Source: Phoronis australis (taxonomy: Eukaryota; Animalia; Phoronida). Taken from it: a stretch of DNA of 64,000 bases. The notes beneath the pieces are model-generated. The model saw only the letters and a list, made by a program, of their open reading frames with translations, did not search any database and had not been told where the DNA came from. Shown here piece by piece: positions 1 through 13,100 of this stretch. The stretch is taken from positions 1,774,891 through 1,838,890 of the forward strand of contig NMRA01000004.1 of assembly GCA_002633005.1 (NCBI GenBank). Reading direction: 5' to 3'. A program made the translations under genes and the position numbers. The number at the start of each line of letters is the position of its first letter. Position 1 is the stretch's first letter.

Positions 1-153
1 TAAATAAGCTCACCAATATTTTCATGTGCTCATGTGACTATGATTTGCTTTGCATATGTTTTATCCTGTTTGTAATTATCGTACTGGACTTTTTAATTTG
101 CTTATTGTGTTTTTGCTTCTAAATGTTGCGGGTTGTTTAATTGATTGTGGCAG

Positions 154-3100
154 GATAGAGCATGGCGCCATCGGCGAGATGTTAAAGTGGAGGCATTCCG
201 CGAAGATCGAGCAGCTAGAAAAATCCAGAATGGCTGGATTAGTTATCAGTCTCGCAAACGTGACGCAGAGTTAGATGACGTATGTAGCCGAGTGCTGCTT
301 GTGTCCGTAACTTGATGTGTATCCATGTGATCTGTGTGTGTCAGTTAACATCATAAATATGCACCTTGCCTGCTGCTTAGAGCTTATTGTTACTGAAGCT
401 CTCTGAACAAAGCCCTCTTTTGTTGCTTTCTTACCAATACCTCCACTCCCCTGTTTTGAGAAATTTCTGTAAATGGAAAAGAGTAACTCCAAGACTCCAG
501 CCATCGCAACTCCACTACAATGGATAATGATGAATCCAGTGTAATCGCTACAATGGTGGAGAATTGGTTGTTTATCTCAAATGCATTTCTCACTATTAAT
601 TTGCGGGTACGATTCAGCTACACCATCTGGTGTTTAATCCAGAAAACTAATAATAACTCTAGTGGGAAAGGGAAATGGGAAAGGTAATGAGGAGTTGTGA
701 TGGAGTTCAGATAGACTGGAAAAGTGACATTTAACACAACAGTGTTTTCTCGTTTGATTTTGTGTACCCCTTTGGATGGACATATGCTGTTATAAGAGAC
801 CTCTTGTGGCACTTTTAGTGCTCATCTCCATTAATAATTGATGTTTAATGTTAGTCTTATTGTTCAACATAAAATTTGTCCTGTTTTGCTTATGACCTTT
901 CAAACCAGTTTCCAAATCTCTTTCTGTAATTTCACAATATGTCTGATGACATTTTCCTACCTTTTTGTTGTTAACTAATGGTCACATGACCTCAGAAATT
1001 TCTTTATTCAGAATTCAGATAGTCTCATTGTTTGAGGAGACATTGTGGCCTAGTGGGATAAGTGTCCACTTCTTTTGCTTAATAAGGTCGTGGGTTCAAA
1101 TCCCACGAGGGCATACTGCTAGACCCTTGAGCTCAATTTTAACCACATATTAATAAAGCATAAAAATAGTTCCAGGTGATCAGTGCAATGGGTCCACATG
1201 CGAGGCCTGCGCACATCTGGTGCAACATGTACCAGACCACCTGCAATTATTAATTTTTATTAGTTGCATTTTTGAAAATCAATTTATTAAAATAATTATT
1301 TCTTTCAACCAAGACAAAATCTTTTAACTGTATTACTTAATTAACACCATTCCCCCATTTGTTTTAATATGTGTTTTGTACTCTGTTATGGTGCCCTTGA
1401 ATTCCCATGTTTCCAGTTTTTAGGCCAAAAAAGCATAATTGGTTCTGGTCTCTGTTTTTTTAGTCAACTCAATGATGCAATATTTTATTTGCTCACTTTT
1501 GCAACAAGGAAAGTAAATCTGAGGCAAACAAAAATGATGCAGGATTTGTTTTATTCTCATCACTTGTTGAACTATGGTGGTTATTTCAAACCTTGTTTAC
1601 CCTTGCATACATGCTGTTTTGCAGCTTTTCAAAAAACATGAGATCTTGTTTGAAACTGATTAGTGCGAGTGTTTTTTTTTCTAATCTGTCAGTGCAGGTC
1701 TCAAAATGAGTTGGGGTTGGGGTTGAGAACACAAACAATGATGCTTTTTTGGCCTATACAAGTTGTACACTTTATATTTTTCACTCCTTTGTTAATACAC
1801 CAGTCATATCAAATTACTGGTTTCATACTTTTTAAAGTCCCATGCAGCACTTGTTAAAACAAGTTGGCAGTGGTGAATGTTTCCTTTGAAGTAATTAATG
1901 AACTCCATTTGATCCATGCAGTTAAGAACACTAACTCTCTAATTAAAAAATGAAGCACAACAAAAGCAATGTTTGTCAGTGATGACACTGCACGAGGCTT
2001 AAATAACATTAATATTTACAACAATGTTAATTAAATCAATAACGAAATAAATTATGCTTGTGTCACCACCAATATTGCACTTTTGACAAAGTGCTTCCTA
2101 ACTTGTTAAAATCTGCAAACAGAACTTAAATAAGTATTCAGTAATTTCGTGAGTCATGCTTCGCAAGTAGAATAATGTGGTTTTATGCGTATCAGTAAGA
2201 CATGAAATTTAAGAGGTCTTTTAGAGTTAGTAGTTTGAATACTACTGTTAAATGGATACAACATTGATGCTTCTATGTTATTTGAATGCATATATTTATA
2301 TGTTTCTGTCTGTGAAGTGTGCGAGTGAAAAATACTTCCACCCTGAGGGTTTTGTTTGCTAAACTTTGTCAAGAGGGTGAATGTTCATAGAAATAGTCGT
2401 AGGTGCCGATAGCCTAGTTTTAGTAACATTTAGTTTAGGGTTTAGTTTACTTGTTGCTTGTTGCTTGTTTTGCCATTAATTGCTAAGCAAATCTGCCAAC
2501 AAATCTGTGTGTACGTGTGCATTACAAAAATGAGTGTCCTAAAATTCCTTATTGTACAAACTGTTTATTTATCAACTTTGGGTCTTCTCCTAAAATAGGG
2601 TTGTCTGATTTATCTGATAAAATGTTTTGAACAAGTATTGTGTATGCCATTATGTGAAATGTGAATTAAGTACATTTTGTTCACAAACATCTGTTCATCA
2701 AGTCTCTAACACACCCTGGTAAAGATTACTTGTAACTCAGTGGCACTGTAGACTCTCCTTTAATCGCCTGTGGTATTCCATGTTTCTTCCGTAAATAAAT
2801 AAATTTTATTATTCCTCAATAATTTATACTTTTGTTTTTAGGCAGCTGAGACTATTCAGTCTGCGTTACGTGGTCACAAGACACGACAAAAGCAGATGAA
2901 CCGAGCTCGTACCCCAACTCCACGCAGGGAGCTGGATGATGGCCTGTGTGAGGAGGACGATGATGCAGCTGTTGAAACCATCCAATCAGCATTTAGAGGT
3001 CATAGGGCAAGAACACAGCAATTGAAACGTCCTCCCTCAAGGTCAAGGTTAGTTCCATTAATAAATTTTTTGACTCGTAAAAGACATGGTTTTGTCTCTA

Positions 3101-6100
3101 TTGGTGCCTTTCGTTTTCTCTGTTAAATGTATGATGGCGTGCAACGTCCAGTTGGAGATCAATAAATGATGGAACAGACCAACGTGCGTCAAACTATGGT
3201 TGAGCTCATAGTGCTTATGGTGCTCTGTCTGTAAACTACTGCCAGTCTAATGGTCATGTACTCCTCCTAGGTGGTGGAGGTTGTCTGTAATCTACTGCCA
3301 GTCTAATGGTCATGTACTCCTAGGTGGTGGAGGTTGTCTGTAAACTATTGCCAGTCTAATGGTCATGTACTCCTCCTAGGGGGTGGAGGTTGTCTGTAAA
3401 CTACTGCCAGTCTAATGGTCATGTACTCCTCCTAGGTGGTGGAGGTTGTCTGTAAACTACTGCCAGTCTAATGGTCATGTACTCCTCCCAGGTTGTGGAG
3501 GTTTCTAGGGCTTCTAGAAATTACTTTTTGTGCGTGCTATAAGGGATGAATTTTATTTTTGTGTTTTTTAATTCATTTACTAGTGTGTTTTCAAAATCTA
3601 AAAAGTTCCTGTATATAAAGTTAGACATTTTTGAGAAATTTAAGTTTAAAGATATGTAATAGTTGGATCTGTTAAAACAGTGTCCTTCGAATATTTGTCT
3701 ACTGTCCACTCTAGTCCTTGAATTATGCAAGATCGTATGCATGTCTCGGTGTTGGCTTTCTTCTACTACCAAGTGCAGGGTCGTAAAGTGTCTTTTTGTT
3801 CACCTTGCCTGTTTCAGTGTTAGAGAAACATCTTCAAAAATATCCATTGATGACGTCATAGTTAACACATTGCCAAAAGTTAGCATTTTCTACCAAAAAT
3901 GTTTTTTCACAGGACACCAGAGGTAGTCAGTGATGAGGAAGAAGATGATGAAGCTGTGGAAACTATCCAATCAGCAGTGAGAGGACACTGGACCAGGAAA
4001 CAAAATGCTGCCAGACCCAGGTATGGTGATCTGCAGGGATATTATGTTCCTCAATGTGTTGCCTCTGTGATCAGTGACAAAACTCTGCTTCTCAGAAAGC
4101 GTCACAGTCTGTAGTGAGTCAAAATATATATTTTGCAAATTTGTAAATAAATACAAANGGATCTGTTAAAACAGTGTCCTTCGAATACTTGTCTACTGTC
4201 CACTCTAGTCCTTGAATTATGCAAGATCGTATGCATGTCTCGGTGTTGGCTTTCTTCTACTACCAAGTGCAGGGTCGTAAAGTGTCTTTTTGTTCACCTT
4301 GCCTGTCTCAGTGTTAGAGAAACATCTTCAAAAATATCCAATGATGACGTCATAGTTAACACATTGCCAAAAGTTAGCATTTTCTACCAAAAATGTTTTT
4401 TCACAGGACACCAGAGGTAGTCAGTGATGAGGAAGAAGATGATGAAGCTGTGGAAACTATCCAATCAGCAGTGAGAGGACACTGGACCAGGAAACAAAAT
4501 GCTGCCAGACCCAGGTATGATGATCTGCAGGGATATTATGTTCCTCAATGTGTTGCCGCTGTGATCAGTGACAAAACTCTGCTTCTCAGAAAGCTTCACA
4601 GTCTGTAGTGAGTCAAAATATATATTTTGCAAATTTGTAAATAAATACAAAATATAGAAGAGCCTTGTTCTTCGAAACATGTGAATGCTGTGTATTATAT
4701 ATGGAAAAATCTCGCCAGTTTCGGACAAAGATAATTGCCAAAATAGACCTTTTTCGTTTTTTAAGTTTTCCAACTTTGTTGTGAATAGCCACATTTTTAC
4801 ATGTCCATCATATTGTGTCTTAAATAGATGACATTTTCCTATAATGCTATTTTCTTGGATATTCTTCTTTCTTCCCCCCCATAGCACTCACAACAGTGAA
4901 TGGTATGAGCTAGGGCCCACTGCCTATTTGCCTTTTGGAATAATATTACATGACTAATTTTTACTGGCCAAATGAATTCAGGGAACAGCCACTTGAAAAT
5001 TATTGTTTCGTATATCTTCACTACCCTACAACTTATTAAATGTTCACTGCTAATTGCTGTTATCTTGTAAAGATCTAGAACTAACAATCTGCTGCTTTGC
5101 TTACACTATGAAACATACGTTTCGAGATCGTGCGTCATATCCGCCTGTGTTGTGTTATGGCTTTTCTGTGTGTATGTGTGTGTACGCGTGCCAGTCTGTG
5201 TGTGTTTCTACACTGTGCATAACTTGAGTAAGCGAGGATGATAACCACTTATAACTCATAGTTTGTTCAATTGGAAACTTGCTCAAGCTTCATGAAATTA
5301 TCATTTTTTCCATAATTTCTTTCTTGAATAGATATCCTTTGCCTTTTCTGTTTGGGTTTATCCTTTCTGTTGCTGTTTCCCAGAACACCCTCTGTTGTTG
5401 GCAGTGGTGATGAAGATGAGGAGGCCATCTTGACTATTCAATCTGCTATGCGTGGTCACATGGCAAGGAGGCGTTATACTTCGCCGTATGTTTTATACTT
5501 TCTTTGGCGAAAATTAGATTAAGTTACATTCTGTTAAACATGTTTTGCCTGTAAAGATCATACGTTTATTCTTTCTGATAAGAAGCTTGGACTCCGTACA
5601 CTTGAATTAAAACAGTGTTATCATTTCCACCTCTGTATGAGTGATTTCTAATTACTTATCTAATAATAGTTTAGGTTGTTTTCTCACAGTGTGTGGATTT
5701 AGCTTCAACATTAGCTTCATCTCCACTCAATGACTTACTCTTTACGTATGATTTAGCCAGTCAACACTAACAAACATTATATCAAACTCAAAGGCTTTGG
5801 TTTGTGTTACCCCGTTCCACTGTTTTTCAGAAGCACAAGCCCTCGCGTCAGCTCGGCCCGAAGGTCATCGAGAGGTAAACAATGATTTTTCTGGATGTGT
5901 TAAAGTTAAATTACATATCCAATGACTCTTTTATTGCAGTTTTTAGTACCCAGTTCTCCCTACTCTGTCACTAGTTTTGTATGGGTAGATTTGATAACTT
6001 GATTGTTATAATATTTGATAACTTGATTGTAAGCTTAGTTTTGTCAACTGAACTTTCCTGTAGCATTTTAATTATTGGCTGAATTTGTTGACCAGTATTT

Positions 6101-8023
6101 TAGTGGGGACAGATGTGTTCTCCATTAATGTATTCACTGTCGTAGATTATTGGCACGCGTTGTGATGCAACACAAAAGGTTGTGTGAACACTTAACAGCT
6201 ATTTGGATTTGGAAACTGTTGTCACCTAGAATTAAAACTAAACCAGTAATGTATAATATGTTTATTTTTGTGATTTAGGAAAACTTGACTCTGCAGGTGA
6301 GGAATTGGAGGATGAGGACAGTGATGAAATGATTGTATCAAGCTCCCGACGCAACAGTGCACGAAGAAACCAGGAGGAGCAACCTTCCAGCGCCCGAAGG
6401 CCGTCATCTGCTAGGAAAGATTCACGTGACCATGATCATGACATTCGGGGATCACGGCGATCATTGTCTGACCGAAAGAGTCCACGTGTTGATGAGGAAA
6501 ACATCTCAAGCTCCAGGCACTCGGCTCGCAAGAGTCCGAGGGAAGAACAAGTATCTAGTGCAAGACGACCATCTTCTGCAAGGAAAAGTCCCATCTCAAC
6601 AAGCCGCACAAGTGTGTCCAGAGAGGTCTGTAAATCTTGAGTAGTGATATTGTTGCAGTCTTTGAAGGTGCAAAATTGTTAACTTGCAACTTCAATCACT
6701 GAACATGCTTAAACAGCGGCAGTGTTAAAATAACCCTGTTTAATTCTTAAAGAGGCTATAAACCTGCCTTTTATCACAAAAACTACTTTCGATTTACAAC
6801 ACTTACTGTCATGAAACTAGTCGCATATTGTCTTTCAGTCAAATTAGAAATTGTTTTAGAGTTTCACATGAACTGACAGTTAATTATAGCTAAACTTTAC
6901 AAATTGGCCTGTCCCGGCATGTCATGTTATGCACCTAGCAGAGTATCAAGAAATAACAAACTGTCAGTTCTTTGAAAACCCTGAATTTACTTTTCACATA
7001 AGTAAGAAACGAGTTGAGACCAATTTTATAGCAGTACATTGTCTAAGTGGAAAGACCACCTCTTAGATGGAACTTTGGTTTATAGCCACTGTGATTGCTT
7101 GGCAAAATTAGTTAGAAACACAATATACAGCAACGATGTGAATATAAAGTAGGTTGAAAATTGCCAAATGTTTTTAAGAACGAGTTTTGTGATGAAAATG
7201 ATCTGCCTCAAGTCATTGAACCGTGTCCAGTAAGTATCGTGATGTGTTGGGGAATAACACAGCATAATGCGGGTTATGTGAGCCCCCAAGGTACGTCATT
7301 AGTGCAAAGGTCACCTATTTGCAGAATTTTTCGTCTTCACATTAACAAGTTGTCAATAAATACAACTGCACTTTGCTTAGCGTAGATTATGTTAAAGTGG
7401 CATTGTCGTTTAGTTCCTGCAATACATTAGCATAGGTAGGAGCATGCAAATACATCTTTAATTCTGTGTTTGAATTTTTAAATGACAGTGTTGGGTCAAC
7501 AAATTTCGGTAATATGGCAATGATCAGTCCAACAAGGTTTCAAGTTCTTGAAATGATCTGTCAGTTTGTTAAGTAGAATTTGGGATATGCGTAGTTGAGT
7601 GATAAAAAAGTAGGCACTCACTGCAATGCGTCAAACACTCAAAACATTTGCGCCTGTGGTTGTTAAAGCTGGATTTTCCTACACTAGCAGGTCAAAAAAG
7701 ATAAAACAAGAACAAAGCAATTTACGAAGATAACACCACTAACCCCCATACCAACCACAAGAAATGCTATCTTGCTTTATTTGCAACTTGATTTTTTGTG
7801 AACATAGCAAACCAAACATTTTACACGCGGCAGTGTGTGAAGTGGGATGTCCTAAATCAACAGTCATAATCTACTGCTATGTGGAGGCATAGTTTCTTTT
7901 TGTAAAGATTTATAGTTTTGCTTATTTTTTCAGACACCACGTTCAGGTTCAAGGCAGCTTAGTAAAGCAGACGTGGCTGCAAAAGATGAAGAAACTGATG
8001 ATGACGATGACATTTGTTTTTAA
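154..8023 (+). CDS. IQCE: IQ domain-containing protein E-like, 3' part (5' exons lie upstream of the window)
   Basis: Phase-consistent GT-AG exons: 154-279, 2842-3047, 3913-4020 (second copy 4407-4514), 5384-5485, 5831-5874, 6279-6625, 7934-8023 (TAA). The joined protein reads AARKIQNGWISYQSRKRDAELDDAAETIQSALRGHKTR, which resembles the IQCE stretch W..Y...K...LDEAAVVLQAAFRGHL. Further IQSAxRGH motifs follow, then a Ser/Arg-rich tail ending DDDDDICF*. Confidence 0.8.
1034..1150 (+). mobile_element. tRNA-derived SINE head (intronic)
   Basis: Pol III A-box TGGCCTAGTGG (1046-1056) and B-box GGTTCAAATCC (1093-1103), followed by a SINE-body-like CCCTTGAGC. No intact cloverleaf acceptor stem. Confidence 0.6.
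3227..3503. repeat. Minisatellite, ~56-bp unit, ~5 copies
   Basis: Unit GTCTGTAAACTACTGCCAGTCTAATGGTCATGTACTCCTCCTAGGTGGTGGAGGTT is repeated in tandem. Confidence 0.95.
3506..3650 (+). mobile_element. Terminal fragment of the Academ-like family seen at 57664-60822
   Basis: TAGGGCTTCTAGAAA...GTGTTTTCAAAATCTAAAAAGTTCC...CATTTTTGAGAAATTT aligns with 57685-57820. Confidence 0.7.
3665..4651. other. Near-identical 493-bp tandem duplication across a single N (probable haplotype/assembly artefact) that includes one IQCE exon
   Basis: 3665-4157 matches 4159-4651 apart from a few SNPs, and the junction is exactly the N at 4158. Confidence 0.85.
6751..7090. mobile_element. Kolobok-like MITE
   Basis: TTAA|AGAGGCTATAAACC ... 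GGTTTATAGCCACT forms a 14-bp inverted terminus with one mismatch. The right TSD is degraded. Confidence 0.5.
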
Positions 8024-9145
8024 TGTGTACTTTTAGTGGAATATAGGTCACAGTAATGTTGAAAGGAAAGGTGACTTACCAGATGTTATACAAAATGTTG
8101 AAAGGAAAGGTGACTTACCAGATGTTATACAAAATTTTTAAGTTGAAGAAATGTAAGTAATCACCATGAAACAAAATGAACATTAATTAATAAATATAGT
8201 GTAGAATTAAACCCCATTCTGTGTATGAAAATTAAATTTTTGACAGATTTGAAATTAAGAATTTTCTTATTATATCACAAAGTACTTGTAACTGTTTTGT
8301 GATACAATAAAGAAATCGATCACTGCTGGTTTGGAATTTGTTGTAATAAATAATCAATTAGACTGAAATGTTTACCAACGAAAGGGCTTATTGAACATAA
8401 TTCAAAATTTACCGTTTAATTTGATTGCATTGGAATGATTAAATATTCTGGCTGCCGATTGCTGTTTTATTTTCATAATTTTATATTGTCCTGGTCAACA
8501 ATTGGATGTATGGTTTTTGCTAATATTTAACAGTGCCTTGGTTTTGTGATCTCTGTGTTGTGTTTTCATTGTGATAAAATAGATTATTTTTATTTGACGT
8601 GCAATTCAGTTAAAACTAATATGTCATCAATGTCTTGACAGGACTTGGATTAGAAATAAAGATTAGAAAAATACTGTTGGTATTTAGCAAACACACCAGT
8701 GTTTGAACAAATGGCAGACAATCCCTAGAGCCTATTCCTTCCACCAACATTGTCCAATAAACACTCAGTCATAGCTTTGATAATTCATGCAGTTTTCATG
8801 AAACATGTCCATTCAAAAATGTAGGTGGTGAGTAAGCCCTAGTTATATTTTGTCTAAATGATAAACTGGAACAAATCAAAACAATGTTTTTGCAAGTAGT
8901 GACTGATAACCATATTTTAAGTACTGTGTAGTATAGGTAGTAGATGTGTGTGCAATGTATTGTTTAATGAAATACAAATATTGAGTTTTTGTCAAGAGCC
9001 ATTTATAAAATGTACTGAATCATGAAACTTTACAATATATCTCATAAGAAACAGATCCAGGTATTTATTTTTCTTTGTTTCAATCATTACACAGGTTATT
9101 ACGTATGTAAAGAGAAGTATTACATGTCAAAAAAGAACACATTAA

Positions 9146-9488
9146 GGTTATGTAGGGCCCAAAAAATGGCCAAATGTGGCTAACTTCGGAACATCGTATC
9201 TCAGACATGGCTGAATGGATTCACACGACACTTTTAGACAGTTGCTTTATGCATTGTTCTCCATAATGCTTTAGGAATGATTTTAAAATATTCCAGTTTT
9301 GCATGTGGGGATATAAAAATAGGACTTCTAAGAAAAAAAAACACAAAAGTTGCATGAATGAAAACGAAACTGTGAGTTTATCTTGGACATCTGCATCAAG
9401 TGAAATTTAGTCATGCTATTGACACTGTCGTGGCAGATTGAAAATGTGTGGTGGACCTGTGTACTTATGAATAGGGTCCCACATAACC
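9146..9488. mobile_element. Kolobok-like MITE (GGTTATGT termini)
   Basis: TTAA|GGTTATGTAGGGCCC ... GGGTCCCACATAACC|TTAA: inverted termini, RR..YY ends and a TTAA TSD. Confidence 0.75.
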
Positions 9489-9545
9489 TTAAAAGGAAAA
9501 TGAAGCCACACCTGTCAAAAACAATTTTTGAGTTAGCCCACTTAA

Positions 9546-9959
9546 AGAGGTTATAGGCCATGTTCTAGTGTCCAAAACAGCTATCTAGTTCCCAGGAATA
9601 TTTACGCTTGCCTTCCAAAATAAAATTGTCAGTATCTTGAACTTTCGAGTCTGAGCTGAAACGAGAGGCACATAGTGGTTAGTGGCCGAGATCAAAAGTT
9701 GGATTTTTGAAAGAAAGCAGTCCCGTCTTGTTCCTTATTCAGTTTAGAAGTGATTTCAAGAAGAACTAACGGGTGGCTATCGTTTGAGACGAGGCACGTG
9801 AGGTTTGCTTCTTGCAGCAGGTGAGTTTCACCTGCCAATGCAGTATGGTGGTTGTGGGAATTCCAAGCGTTTTATAGCAACCAATTTCAATTAAAGGAAC
9901 ATTAAGACCTTGCTTTGGAAGAGCAAATACACCTGTGAAGAAAGTTGTTTATAACACCT
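9546..9959. mobile_element. Kolobok-like MITE (AGAGGTTATA terminus)
   Basis: TTAA|AGAGGTTATA ... TATAACACCT|TTAA, a short imperfect TIR related to the 6751 element. Confidence 0.45.
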
Positions 9960-10166
9960 TTAAAGGACAAGACTGTACAGTTAGCCTCAGTGCATTTAGG
10001 AAACATGATTCTCCAATGATTCACAAATGATGAAACTATAAATCTTGGACAACTTTTCCATGGGGTCACAAATAAAATTTTTGTTTACTGCAATTTGTAC
10101 CAAGGAATTGTCACTCCAATTTCGTTGACATGTTCCAAATACCAGAAATAAACGGACACAACTATA

Positions 10167-13100
10167 TCATTTCTCGTCAACAGATGTCATATCATAACTT
10201 GTAGCCTCTGTTTCTTGTGTCGTAGACGTGTCGACCCCGAGGGCATCGAGTAGTCCAAATGTCTTAAACACTTTATGCTGCCTGGCTGTTTTGAGCGTCT
10301 TCAGGTCTTGGGCATACTCCTGCTCTCGCAGAAGTTCTTTCTGTTGTTCTTCCAAGTTAACTCTGTGGTTGTGGAGGGCTCGTGTTTTGTGAATCAAAGC
10401 CAGCAGCTCATGCCGCAGTTTTCTGTTCTCCAGCTTAATTCTATCTGTGTGTTCATTCAAACACTGCAGAGCTTCCTACAATGAATACATGAGTACAGCT
10501 TGACTGGGGGTATAGAGGGACTCTATTGACTGAGGGCAGTGCTCAAAAAGATGAACATGTTTCAGTCAAATGAAAATGGGCCTCTCAACGTTTTAACTAA
10601 AACCGTAGGACGTAAATCACTCCTGAGCCACCACTAGCAAAAAAAAAACTTTTTTAATTATTGAATCAAAAAAGTAGAATTTGACAAATTAAAAAAATAG
10701 ATTTGAAATACATTGTAAAATCACAAAATTCTACTTATCACAAAGCCTCATACTAGGAACAGTTTAAGTCGCCATACAAACAACCTCAATAAGAGCAGCG
10801 AAAGTAAGTTCACATTTGAAAATTTTTCTCAACGTAGAATCAACAATGAGGTTCCGTTTGGATGAAGCTGTTTTCAAAAACCCCCAGTACCTGCGATAGA
10901 ACACCAATCAGCTACTTGAGTTGCATTGTGTGGAATTCCACAAATCCACAAGTTAATACAGCAGAATAAATTAAAGAAATTAGCTTACATACCTTGTTGG
11001 CTTGCTTTGCCATGGCTGATACCTTACTGTCTGAGTCTTGTTGGTATGTCTTTTTCTCCTTCAGGAATTCTGACTTGAGTTTTTGGATTTTATCTGAGTG
11101 AGCACCACGCATTCTCATCACTTCTTTCTCAAGTTCTTTAATCCGAGCTGTTTGTTGCTTTTGTAAATTCTGAAAAAGTCATACAAGTTTGCTTGAATAA
11201 ATGATCTTGATAAAAATAGATCATAATGGATTGTCAATATAAATATTTGTCATATTCATTTGATTTACTACATCAGAGCTATCTTAAGATAGAAAGACAT
11301 GAAGAAAAATATGAACAATGATGAGTTACGTATTTAATGTCTTTGTCAAACAACTATTGGCAGCTTTTTTGACACAGTTCATAATTCCGTGTAGCGACAG
11401 AGATGAAAGACTTTGTCCATAAATTACAGTGTCCAAGTGCATCTCCCTTTCTGTGCAGTATTTGACTGTCGATTTTAAAGTTGCAAGCTCTTTCAATTCA
11501 TACATTTTTGCATTCAAACGTTTTACAGTCCAAAACTTTCATGGAGTATGTAGTCACACTCCCAACACTACTACATACCTTGAACTCTTGTAAGTCCTCT
11601 AACTCTTGTCTAGTTTTGGCATACGCATTTTCCTTTTCCATCATAATTGCCCGGAGTGCTGCAAATAGTCAATTTAGATTGTAATCAAATCTAAAATAAA
11701 GTTCATTGATTTCTAATAACACAATAATTAAATAACTATCAAATACAGAACTTAAATAGTTTTGCCCCAGCTGTAATGAAGACTGTTTCCATTACTTCTT
11801 AGCAAAACCCAATATGACACAAAAAGCATGGATCATCTTATAGTGCCAAGTGACTTAGGACTGCAGAGAGCCCAATAACTAAATAACAATATAGTAATGC
11901 CCAAAATAAAACCTCAAATCGAAACCTTACTCTACACATTCTTGATTAAAAACACGACATCCCCTCTCAATTATAAAATATTCACCAGGTGCGTATACAT
12001 TTAGCTAGATGACATCAGTTTATCCACCATGTAGTGCAAAACAATAGTTAGGATTTTTATACTGAATGCAAACACTACTATATTACAGGATTCAATCAAC
12101 TAAGAACTATAGAAAAACAGATAAATTAAACCGACTGAAAAAGTTAGCAATTACTACGGCCTGGGTTATGTTTCCTCAAAAAGATCAGTATGTGTAAATT
12201 AACCAAAACCTGTCAATCTCACGCCTAAGCTAGAAGACAAATTACCTGCTTTTTTCTCCTCATACGTCGCTAACATCTTGGACTTTTCTTCAAGTATATC
12301 CTGAATCTCCTTCTGGTTCTGGTCACTAAGAGATACTATTGTAGTTTGACGTTTGCCTGTCTTTTTCTCCATATAACTCATGTACTCATGCTGTAAAGGT
12401 TATGTGGCACATTAACACAAGTTTCAGTGATAGGCATGTACTGCATTCCATAACTACAAAGTATAATAAATTAACTTATCTGATGTGAGGTGGTCACTGT
12501 CTTAAAGCAACATTTGCCCCAGGTGTTTAGCGGGCTTGAATGAAGATCAAAGTATTCCTTACTGTCATGAAATTGTGATAGGATTCCATTTCCGTTATCC
12601 ACCCAAGACACTAGTAATTCAAATTTTAAGGTTAGACAACACTGATAAACTCTGAATCGTTTTCTTGAGTCATTGATGGCTTCAAAATTCTATTATAATG
12701 GACAAAGAATCTTATGAAGATAATATCATGATACCACTTTTATGTGAGTGAAAGGTCTAATTTGATAATCATTACAACACCAACTTTATGACATTGGAAT
12801 AATTCAGTTTCATTCTTTATTCAGCTACACATGGTAAAATCCAGCTTTAATATTAAGATTCTCATCATCAAAATAAAACAGAAAGGTCTCTTCACTGAAT
12901 ACATAATGTTTTCTAAACCAGCAACAAGGGGTCTTTACAGCAGATAAATTACTATTCAAGAAAGGTAAACCTAAATGGTAGTTAAACTTCAATGAATAAA
13001 TTAAATCAAACAGTTCACCGACAAAACACTGAGGTCATGTTAACAGCTATTGTGACTTACACTTTCCACTCGGATCTTGTGGGCTTCAGCCTGCAACCAT

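Noticed and set aside
1034-1115. Possible tRNA gene
   Set aside because: A and B boxes are present, but there are no convincing acceptor or anticodon stems and no T-run terminator. It fits a SINE head. Still more degenerate examples lie at ~41410-41470 and ~51818-51880.
3227-3503. CRISPR-like array (also considered for 37643-37892, 40108-40533 and 63273-64000)
   Set aside because: The units are contiguous with no unique spacers, there are no cas genes, and the context is eukaryotic.
4407-4514. Extra tandem IQ exon as a real exon duplication
   Set aside because: The exon is identical, the flanking introns are nearly identical and the junction is a single N, so an assembly overlap is much more likely.
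8076-8135. Short (~39-bp period) direct duplication in the IQCE 3' UTR
   Set aside because: An ordinary slippage duplication with no sign of function.
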